From positions 124,001-188,000 of the forward strand of contig NMRA01000409.1 of NCBI GenBank assembly GCA_002633005.1: a stretch of DNA of 64,000 bases, written 5' to 3'. Shown piece after piece: positions 54,172-64,000 of this stretch. The first letter of the stretch is position 1. Every line of letters begins with the position of its first letter. This DNA comes from Phoronis australis (lineage: Eukaryota; Animalia; Phoronida). Both the position numbers and the translations under genes were made by a program. A model generated the notes under the pieces. It saw only the letters and a list, made by a program, of their open reading frames with translations. It searched no databases and was not told the origin of the DNA.

Positions 54172-55753
54172 AGTCTGGTATAGTGGCAAAAAATAGCTAT
54201 TTACAAAAAAATAACTCAAATTCCTTTATTAAAAGCTTCATAAATCTAAATATCATGTTTAAACAACTTCAAAATGAGCTCTCTGTAACTTTTCAGGAGT
54301 AGTGTATACTAGAGGTTCTCATCAAAAAGCAATTCAACTGTTTATTTTTTCGTGACAACAACTCGAACAAGACTTTGACTTCTGTAATCCAGTGCCCCTA
54401 CCTGTGCCGATAGAATAAATAAAATTTTGAAAAAGTTCAGTCGAACGCCAGCTTACGGGTATATTAATGACAAAAATATACCTCTGCTACGAAACAAAAC
54501 GATGTCTATAGGTCGAAATAACTGAAAAATAGTAAAAATATAAAAGCAATTCCCAGGGACCAGCGCTAGACTATAGTGCTGAGATCCAGCAGGGGCCGAG
54601 ACAAAGGCGGGCCAGACGAGTGAAACTCCGGAGTCAAAATCAGATAAGCCTGCGCTATAGCCACCAAACTGAAAAGTGTGTATCTTGGAACAAATAAGTT
54701 TGTGTTTAACCTTCGAGTAATCAAGCAACATTGCCAATTTCAGCTGCTCGAATACGTGGCCGTTCGCACAGCGACGTCACTTTTCGACTTAAGAGATGCC
54801 CAAAACTGATGGGATATTCTTTTCGAGCTGCATAACGGCTGTCAGAATTACACACGCTATATCAACACCATATTACCATTCTTATCGTCCAATTTCTTGA
54901 GCTATAGACGAAAACGACAACGTATTGTTTGCCGGGTAAAATGGCGTCTTGGAAACGCTGACGAAGGTGTGTCAAGAATGCTGCGTTCTGATTGGTCAGT
55001 TAAGCCGTCAGTCGTAATCCTGGCAATAGGTCAATTGACCTATCGCCAGGATTATGACGGACGGCTTAATTGACCAATCAGAACGCAGCATTCTTGGCAC
55101 ACCTTCGTCTGCGTTTCCAAGCCGCCATTTTACCCGACAAACCACACGCAGTCGAGTAAAACTTACTTTAGTCTATAGCTCAAGAAATTGTCCGCTAAGA
55201 ATGGGGGAACGGTGTTGATATGACGTGTGTAGCACCGACAGCCGCTATGCTGCTCCAGAATAATATCCCGTCATTTTTTGGCATGTCCTAAGCCGAAAAA
55301 TGATGTTGAAAAGCGTAAACTATGGATCAAACTGTACGGCCACACGAGCAGCTGAACTTAGCGATGTTGCTTGATAACTCGAAGGCTACAATAAACAGTT
55401 TCAATCTAATGGACATTATTTTATTTCGTATCAGAGGTACATTTTTGTTATTCATAAACCGTAAGCTGGCGTTCAACTGAGCTTCTCTCCCGGTCAAAAT
55501 TCAGGAGTTCGATCGGCACAGGGAAGGGCACTGGATTATTGCTGGAACTCAAAGCCTTGGTCGAGCTGTTGTCACTAAAAATGAACTATTGAATTACTTT
55601 TTGAGGTGTACCTCTATTATACACTATGTCTGTAGAGTTACAGAGAGCTCATTATGAAGTTGTTCAAACATGATGTTTAGATTTACGAAGCTTTAAAAAA
55701 GAATTTGAGTTATTTTTGTAAATACCCTATTTTTGCAACTACCACACCAGACT
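54172..55753. repeat. ~1.58-kb spacer-less imperfect palindrome (foldback-like element)
   Basis: Symmetry axis between 55034 and 55035 (ataggtcaa|ttgacctat). The arms pair out to agtctgg/ccagact. The left arm has ~150-180 bp of extra sequence around 54500-54700. Confidence 0.95.
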
Positions 55754-55906
55754 TGTAATCTTTTGTAACCATACCACGACTTAGTGATCATGCTACCTTC
55801 AAAAATAAATGAAAGCTACCTTTATGGACTGAAACTACAAAAAAATGCCAAGTTCATAAGAAGGTAGGCCTAATTTAAATATCTTAATGGTGCAAACAGA
55901 CAATTC

Positions 55907-56232
55907 CATAGGCAGATTTAGGGGGAGGCAGGGGTCTCAGTCCCCCCTTTGGCTGCCGCAAACAAAATGAAACAGCAAGAGCGTGAGGAAATATTGGGTT
56001 CAGTAACTAGGACCGGTAGCGTAAGAGGGGGGGGGCTCAGACCCCAGATCGCGGCGGAATCGTGTTCCTGTTTTTTTTAGTCCGCCAATAGATTTTCTGA
56101 ACAGAAGGTCCAACGGTCTACACCCCTGGCCCCTGCAACTTTCGGGCCGCCTGTGCACATACAATTGCACTTTGCCCAATTCCACGAGGCAACATATGTT
56201 GGCCCCCCTGTGGTATCCTAGATCTTCCACTG
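55907..56232. mobile_element. 326-bp MITE with a perfect 5-bp TSD (AATTC)
   Basis: aattc|cataggcagatttaggg...cctagatcttccactg|aattc. Confidence 0.75.
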
Positions 56233-56450
56233 AATTCCAGACATTAATTTTACTTAGACACAGCCCTAGACCTACCGGAGCTAACTGTTTGGCCAGGACG
56301 AGATGAGTATTTACCTGAGCTATGAACCTGAATTTTTTTATCAAAATATTTCGTTACAAGATTAGAAAAGCGTAAACAGTGCTATCGAGTCGAACTAGTC
56401 AGAGACTATAGCGCATGTGTTGTCTGTAATCTATGACCTACTTTACTCCA

Positions 56451-56852
56451 GGGCCCGGTCTCCAATCTTCTACTCGAAATGGAACTCGAAATTAGGTTTG
56501 GCATTTTCTACTCTACTTTTGGGCGAACTCAAGATAAGTGTCTATTATTCTATGGTCGAGTACGCAATAACTTACGTAGATAATTTATTGCCCTTAGTTC
56601 ACAGTTTGTAAAACCAATATTAAAGCAATAAGTTCGAGTTTGAACTCGAAATTTCGAGTTTTTACTCGAGTTTGTAGCACGAATATAAGGGTCTTCAAGG
56701 GCAAACTTGAACTAGAAACTCCTATGCATAAACTATAATGTATTCGAGCCCAGTCTGATAACCAATTATCTTAAGTTCGCACAAAAGGAGCAGAGAAATT
56801 GCCAAAAATAGTTTCAAGTTCGTTTCGAGTACAAAGATTAGAGACCGGGCCC
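56451..56852 (+). mobile_element. ~400-bp PIF/Harbinger-like MITE
   Basis: TIR gggcccggtctccaatctt / aagattagagaccgggccc, flanked by cag/ctg. Central palindrome actcgaaatttcgagt. Degenerate relatives occur near 11090, 11740, 27240-27575 and 35800-35940. Confidence 0.8.
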
Positions 56853-57120
56853 TGGATTCCTGTTGTGGGAGAAGATCTGTACGGGAAAGATACAATACGG
56901 CCAATCCCGTTACCAGTACGCTGCGTCTGTTCTGAAGGGCCAGACCATATAGTGTGACACTTTCCTCGCAAGATCAGCAAATCTTTTGCGTTCTTTTTGA
57001 AGCACTGCGGAACGGTTTGAAGTGTACAGCCACGGCTAAATACCGACATAGCGGCGAGGCTCGTGGTCTACTAGAAATTCCGCGCACAATGATTTTTCAG
57101 GACTGTCGGATATTATTGAT
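56852..57120 (-). repeat. Inverted copy of the internal part (7709-7979) of the 7550-8659 element, cut by the N at 57121
   Basis: Direct alignment by eye. Both copies give the same spurious ORF MSVFSRGCTLQT. Confidence 0.95.
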
Positions 57121-57349
57121 NTCGAGCACTTATTTTTTCATCGTCACCTTTACAAATTCCCATATCATGAACGTACGATTCACTGTTGAAAAGCATCGCC
57201 TCTTGTCTCTGTCGACGCGTTTTCAAATAGTACAAAAACACTCATCGATTCCACCAGGAACGTCGTTTAGCGACAGTGTATTTGCCTCTGACATCTCGTT
57301 CGAATGTCGGGTATCACGTGACTTTTCGCATAGGGGCGGAGCTTGCGAT

Positions 57350-59400
57350 AGGTCAATTGCGATTTGTCCCAATTTAGAACGAAATTAATCTTAACATTTG
57401 AAAGAGTCAAAGCGTTGAGTTCTTGTCGGATGCTAAGTCTTTTCTCGACTGGTCCAATATGATTATGTCGCCGAGGTACATGTAGATCAACAAGCCGGAC
57501 AACCATTCTTCTCAAGAATGCCACGGCTGGCTTCAGGAGCTTTGCGAACACTCGAGGGACTGAGCTCAGTCCAAAAGGGCAAACCTGAAACTCGTACATT
57601 GTTAGGTTCCAAGCAAACCGCTGGTAACGATGATAATGCTGTGCTACTGGGACGCAAAAATAAGCGTCTTTTAGATCCATGGTGCACATCCAATCGCTTG
57701 GTTGGATCAGTGATACCAGTGTTGTCATGCCTTCCATTTTGAAGTGTTCGTAAGACATGAACCTGTTCAGTGGTCCCAGGTTGAGCATTGGTCAAACAGT
57801 GCCATTCGTTTTCTCCTTAGAAAAAGGTGTCCTACTTGTACGAATCGATCGCCACTAGGAGTTACTGGAGACACTGCACCTTTGTTCAGAAGGGTCTGCG
57901 CGTCCTCATTGAGGAGCTTTGCCACTGTTTTTGAGAACGTGGGGCAGAAAATATTGCCCGAGTTGGTAGGTTCAATAGGTGGAGTGCATGACCCTGAACT
58001 GCCTGAAGCTCCTAGGTGTCGTTTGTTAGCTTTCGCCAATTGTTTCGAAATCGGGCTATTCGTCCCACTGGGGGCATTGTGTTTGCTGAACGGGAGCAAA
58101 CATTCCCAGAGAGCGAACCGGATTGTGTCGCTTTCGTGCGATTACGTCTAGTGGGACGTCTTGGCTTGGCACTTCTAGTGACCAATGCGAAACATGCACT
58201 CCTGCAATGGGTGGTTGAATTGGCACTGACTGTTATTGTGTGTGGAATGTATTTACCTGGTCTTGCCCTGTCCACTGCGACTTGGTCCGGAGCTTTCCAG
58301 ATGCTCTGAGAGGGCTGCTGTTGGTGATGACGCTCCCCTTCTCTGGCGTGAAGAGGGGTCCCTAGGAAAGGATTGTGACTTGTAAAAGCGGCCTGTTTGT
58401 CTTTGCTGCATGTTCCCCAGGCGAGCTTTGATATGTTGGCTTTGCTTCTGGCCCTTGGTCTTTTTGTGTAGTGCCTTGTAGAACTTGCGACCAAACAGTG
58501 CCAATGTCCTGTTATTGGCCTAGGCGCTAGCTACTATCAAGTCGCCTGCTTTCTTATTGTCTTGCAGCTCTCGGGACAAGACGCTCACTCGCCTGTTATA
58601 CGAGATGGCGGTACTGGTTTGGTCAATAAGCACCACGAACAGTTCCACCGAGCAAAGGAGCTCCTTCGGTCAATTCCCCCCNTCTAGTTTCTGCCAAAGG
58701 ATGCCGAACGGGTCCATGGTATTCAGGAGACTCTGTTACACATATTATTAACTGCCGTCCGCAACCGCCACTGGCCTGTGAGTAAGCGGTGACACTAAAT
58801 CTAGCACATCCCATCGAGGACTGAGCTTCACTTTGAGCTCTGGTTATGTAGGACAAGGCGTGTGATCGAGTATGGATTCTGTAGTGAGCAAATGTTCAAC
58901 ACGTGATTGGCAACGAATGCCGCCTGGTCTTTTGGCAGTGACTACTGCAACGATATAACTGTAGCTAGAGGGTCAAATATAGTGCAGGTTGGGTAATATG
59001 AGTCACCCTCCGAGTCGGAGAACTCGCGGCAAGAGGCTGTGTTACCACTGTCTACCTGATCACATGTCTCGTGAGCGCTGGCTTTTAAGTTCTCCACGGG
59101 AATCGCCGCACACAGACTCCTTGTTGGAGTCTGACCCGAGACCTACAATGTCATCTGGGTCAGAGCCCTGATCATGCACGGACATTGGAGGGGAGGCATT
59201 GCAAGAGGATACACCGCCATGTGCAGAGAGACAGCCAGGCACGGATAAACCGTTGTCGGCGTCTAAAACACTTGCGTTCCCTTCTCTAGCTGCCACAATG
59301 ACAGTACACTTAACCCACAAACTTGAGGTGAATGAATGAATTTGGAATAGGAATTTTGCGATTTCGATTCGGGACAAATATATTTACGACTGCTTGTAAA
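57350..59400 (-). mobile_element. Degraded DIRS1-like (tyrosine-recombinase clade) retrotransposon: gag-like ORF and 5' part of RT. No RNaseH or recombinase is seen. The 5' boundary is approximate.
   Basis: RT motifs: VGRIARFRNNWRKLTND, LLNKGAV, LNLGPLNRFMSYEHFKMEG, DWMCTMDLKDAYF, YEFQVCPFGLSSVPRVFAKLLKP, IY[MY]LGDIII, INFVLNWDKSQL. Gag-like motifs: LLNTMDPFGILWQKL, LIDQTSTAISYNRRVSVL, LFGRKFYKAL. Multiple frameshifts. Confidence 0.85.
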
Positions 59401-60169
59401 ATAGTCGAATTATAGAAGGATGCGTGCGCAATCTCCGTCTTTGAACAGACTAGTGCGCAAGCACTCTGGCGCGGAATGTAACTTTTACAATGACTTCCGT
59501 TCTTACGAAATGGAATCCTACTGCGGGCGAACGAACATAGAACGCAAACGAACGCGTGGACTGATAGCGCGAATTCCTCCGATCTAGCCCGATTTTACCG
59601 AACAATTCTGGTTTCTGTCTGTTTACTTCCTGTAGTAATTTAAGCGTGTGATTTCACGAAATGAACAATTGTGAATCAGAGGTGACAAATCTATGGAAAA
59701 TGTTAATACTTTAAAGTTTGGAAATCATCACGAACTTTAAAACGAATTTAGAGGGAATTACTGTCTGACTTTGATATTCACAGTGACGACTTCGCGACGA
59801 CTTGCAATTTTTCCCAGTTTGCCAAACACAATCTGAGATCGTATTGGCGACCTGCAAGTCTCCAAAGCACAATTTTCGCAGCGCCTTCATGTGTGTTATT
59901 GTACTTGAACTTGGGGCCAGGATAAGGAATGATGGAATAAATTCTGATGAATAATTCTGACACTAGGAAATTCACGCGAAAGTTCCCACAGAATTGACTC
60001 ACCCATTCAATGTTTCAATGTTCCCGTAAAACTATGGTTCCATTTCATTCTAAATATTCCTGAAGAGAACAGTGCGAAGACGAGTGCAAGATTGAAGTAG
60101 ATCCCGTGCACACTGGGCCACCGATAACTATGCATGTACTTGTGTGGTGACTTAGAGCAAACCTCAGTG

Positions 60170-60470
60170 AACATTTCGGTAAAAAAGCGTGACGATAAGG
60201 GTAAAATTCAGTGACGATTTCGAGGAATGTTGATGACATGCGGTGAAAAATTGGTGACTATTTTGGGAGCAAATCGGAGTTAAATAGGAAGAATCGGCGA
60301 CTACTTCCAAGAAACTGATGAGGAGAAATGGAATTTATGACGATCGAAACGGAATTGGTGACGATATAAGGGAATTCATAATCTGATGAGAAATAGGGGA
60401 GACGTCTTTGAGAAGATTTGAAATAAAGTGATTGCGATTGAGAGAGGCCATTCGGGAAAATTAATGGCTA
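60170..60470 (+). repeat. Degenerate ~20-21-bp purine-rich minisatellite (aattggtgacgat..ggag-like)
   Basis: Recurring gtgacgat/atgacgat/gtgactat cores at roughly 20-bp spacing. Confidence 0.55.
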
Positions 60471-61683
60471 GGGTTATTAGAACTTGCAAGCGAAAACTGA
60501 TACCGACCTGTTTTGGCCATTACTGCGTCATAGCGATGATCATCGGTTGTTATTGCATATATACAGCTGTAAGGAATCAGCGGAAATGAACAAATTAGGC
60601 AGCAACCGTGGGTACGTACATTGTAACAGTGATAAGCTAATAATTCATTCCCAAGGTCATGAATTTATACGTATTACGAAACGTTGCAACAATCTGAGGA
60701 GATTAGAAAATGGTTTTTCGTGCTCATTAGCCAACTCGTGAGCGCGTTGTCATCAAGACGCGCATTTAAGTAGCCAATCCCTTCAAAACTATTCTAGAAA
60801 AACACGCAATGAGGAAACCCCAAGGCATAAATCAACATATCCACCCATTTAGAGAGTGGGCTTAAAAAGCGGAACCAATTTTCGAGGGAGCTTCCATGAA
60901 AAGTCAACCTTTTATAGTACTATGTTCCAGAAACATTACGACCTCTTTCGTTGAGATTCTAGCCTGACAGGAAATAACCCATTAAGTCATTTTGTTAAAC
61001 ATATGTACATTATGATTTCCTTGGCGATTTTGTTATAATTACTATAATCAATACGCCCAGAGATCATTTGACGTTCCTATCTGTGACAAGCAGAATTGGC
61101 ACGTAGCGCCGATGTCGACAAACGATGCCAATCGGGACTTTTCAATTGCTTTTGACAACACGCGGAAGTAGACACCGTGTTCCTAGCTATTAAACAAATG
61201 AGAACTAGGCAAAGGACACGAGCACTTTTAAGTTTGTAGCGTAAATTGCTGGGAATCTGATATCAAAGCAGCAAAACTCGGTTTAACGGTCGAAAGACCG
61301 ACAATGTCCATTGTACGTATTCCGGCAATTGCTCCTTTGCGCGGATAATGAAAATCGATGCACTGCGGACCCATTGATTTGAGAGTTATGAATCCCCTAA
61401 ACCAGAAGTTAGAAAATGTCACGTAGGCCTAAGCGGTCGTCGGTTCTGTAAGGTGGGAATTGATTTTGGATAGGTGCTTCCAGTTTACTCTTATCTGTGG
61501 GCCCCGGCTTCAAGTCTAGATCAAAACTTTGTCATAGTTAAGGCCGAAGACAAAAAATCATAAAACACCTTTTCACGAACACTAGCCCGCTTCTGGTCTT
61601 CTGTCAGATCGGGTTTTGACCTAAGCGAGCATACAAACTACACTTTCGCCGTCTGTTGCGAATTCACAAAACTAAGAAAGGTG

Positions 61684-61684
<1 letters not shown>

Positions 61685-61716
<32 letters not shown>

Positions 61717-61730
61717 CGCGCGCGCGCGTG
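61685..61730. repeat. Compound microsatellite (TG)12(CG)10, Z-DNA prone
   Basis: Read directly from the sequence. Confidence 0.95.
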
Positions 61731-62989
61731 AGTGTGAAATACGGTTTCAGAATAATAATGTTGGCCTAAATGAGGTTTATTTACAACACTTGGGATGCAA
61801 CTGAGATCTCGCCTACGTAAGAAGACTCATCTATCACTGGAAATGTCATTTCATACATGTAAGTGTTCTGGTTGGTAGCACTTCATTGGTTACTTCTACG
61901 AGTCAACGTAACTTTTAGTTGACGGTTTTCGAATCGAAAGAGGACGATGTTTAGTTTTTTTATTGTTTTCTGTTATACAGAATTTGTTAAATGCACGACA
62001 CTTTTCATTGTTCACAGTCTTTATTCCGTTGCGTTCATAATTTCGGAACAAAACTCTACTCTCAACTGAACATAGATACAGTAACTGACCTAGCGACATA
62101 ATTTATTGTTTAGGGATATTAAATTCAACGCAGTTATCATTGACTGTAGTCTCACTCTGGTCTTGGCTTAGACCGATTTCGATCTTTCTTCTGGTCTTAA
62201 GAAACTTCATAAAACGAGACTAGCCCGATTTCGGACTAAGTCAAGACACAAAAAGGCTTATGAAATGCATCCCTGTTTCCAGTTGCCTGAAACAGTCCCA
62301 AAAGGGGACTAAATCTATTGCATGTTCGTGGGTTTGTGAAAAGACCGGTTGTCCTATCTTATGCTGTTTTTGAGTTTCATTCGTTACCAAGTCAATTTTT
62401 GGCATTGATACAAAGCGAGAGTGACCTCTTCGTTGAATTCTAAGTATCACTGAAAATAAGTACCGATCTTACCATGCAACGACTCTTATTTAAGCACTAA
62501 GTCCCTAATTATTTAGATTGAACTAAGGGCTCAGTTTTTAGTTATATTATTAGAAAATTGAAATAGTCTAAGAGGAGATCATAATGAAGATAATATGATA
62601 GAAAAAAGACTACATGTGAAAGTAAAGAACGAAGCAAATGCGCAAAAGATTTAGGTAAATTAGTTGAATCCCTGTTTGGAACTGTTCCATGCAACCGTGC
62701 ACACACTCTTTAACCACTAAAATGAAGTGATCTCTGCACAACCTAATTCTACATCGACTAGTACTGATGTATTGGATGACGTCACAGAGTATCCGTAATA
62801 ATTTCAATGACTCATAAAATCCAAAATTTCTGTGTTTGAGTGCCGTAATGGCGCAGATCTGTTAGGCAATGTTCGGCACGATGTGTACACTTGTTCATGG
62901 AAACGCCTTAAAACATAACCTCTTTCATAGTATGTTTTCTTAAAAAAGTATTTAATACCCCATTTATCCTAGGCACATTTTAGAGCAAA

Positions 62990-63210
62990 AATGACAATTC
63001 AGGAGAAATGCTTACAATTAGGGGAGAAATCATTGACGACATTGGAGAATCAGGTGAAGAATTGGATAGCTTAAATGAATGATAATTCAGGGAGAAACTG
63101 GCATCCGTTTGGTGACGATATGCGAAGAATTTATATTGATTTAAGGCAAAACTGATAAAAATCCGCGGAGATGATTCGAGAAAAAATTTTTATGACGATT
63201 TGGGAGATAT
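62990..63210 (+). repeat. Second patch of the degenerate ~20-bp purine-rich minisatellite
   Basis: atgacaattcaggagaaa, ttgacgacattggagaa, gtgacgatatgcgaagaa, atgacgatttgggagata. Confidence 0.5.
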
Positions 63211-64000
63211 TGCGTACCCTAATTTGCCCGCGGCACATCCGCTAAAGCAAATAGAAACAAACCGCTTCATGAACCAATTACGTCAGAGCAAAATAGGTGA
63301 CCATGTCTTTTCCCCAGTTGGCACTGTAAATTTCACCACGCGAAAACCAAACTCTCCTCGATATCTATGTTAATGAATATAACGCATACGTTGGATCGTA
63401 CCTGATAAATTAGTTAACACATTTTCGAGTCAGTAAATTCCTTAGACCATAAGAATTAACCTTATTATGCTGAAATCTATTGATTTGTGTGTTTTTATCA
63501 ATGAGATTCGTGGAACATGTATTCCTGGGAGCGGACACTAGCATGTGTGTATGTTTGAATAAACCGTTATGAAACTGCAGTGGTAATAGCAAAACGGCTA
63601 GGAAGTGAAATGTGAAAGGCTTTACGGTTGACTTGTCATTGTGTAAATGTATGGCCGTGTGAAAAATACAATGGCACAAAGTTAGAAAAATAAATATTCG
63701 ACAAATTTCGACGATTGTGGGTCCATATTCAACTCATTTGTACTCACATATGAACTATTTCCAATCATTGTCAAGCGAATAGGCCGTGCCTAAAACGTCG
63801 ACAGTATGTCCTAGTCAGCAAAAGCTAAATCACTCCTTTCTAGCTTTGGCAATTTCTTGGAGCAAAATGTTGTGGGATACCGAAATGGAGTTGATTTGTC
63901 CGGGTCCGCAAAAACGATTATGTGTCCTTGAAAATTACCACCTTTTGAAAGGCTACTTCATTATCTTCGCTGAAGCGAGCTTAAGGAGTTAAAAATATTC

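Noticed and set aside
60170-60470. CRISPR array
   Set aside because: The units are degenerate, without constant repeats and unique spacers. There are no cas genes and the context is eukaryotic.
1-64000. Most ORFs in the six-frame track (60-170 aa)
   Set aside because: They have no recognisable domains, often start at non-ATG codons, overlap each other and fall in repeats. This is expected noise in eukaryotic non-coding DNA.

Overview
This is eukaryotic, AT-rich (about 60% by eye), gene-poor genomic DNA, most likely intronic/intergenic sequence from a marine invertebrate (inferred from the repeat types). It is not prokaryotic: I see no operons, CRISPR arrays or rRNA, and almost all listed ORFs look spurious. 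Supportable content: one probable first coding exon of an unidentified minus-strand host gene (22325->21967); a degraded DIRS-type retrotransposon (gag plus RT, about 57.35-59.4 kb); a ~950-bp TTAA-flanked Kolobok-like deletion derivative carrying convergent THAP and KolX/nanor-like remnants (31992-32937); two ancient LINE fragments; many MITEs, including a family with 5-bp TSDs and a nested pair; a spacer-less ~1.58-kb palindrome (54172-55753); two local duplications; and a tRNA-derived SINE-like head. About 35 copies of TACATGTA are present and behave like Tc1/mariner excision footprints. Single Ns at 5542, 16247, 39449, 57121 and 58682 mark assembly uncertainty. I cannot demonstrate a new biological system from sequence alone. 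The best leads are the footprint signal, the Kolobok remnant, the giant palindrome and a candidate recursive splice site at 9270/9271. All counts and alignments were done by eye.
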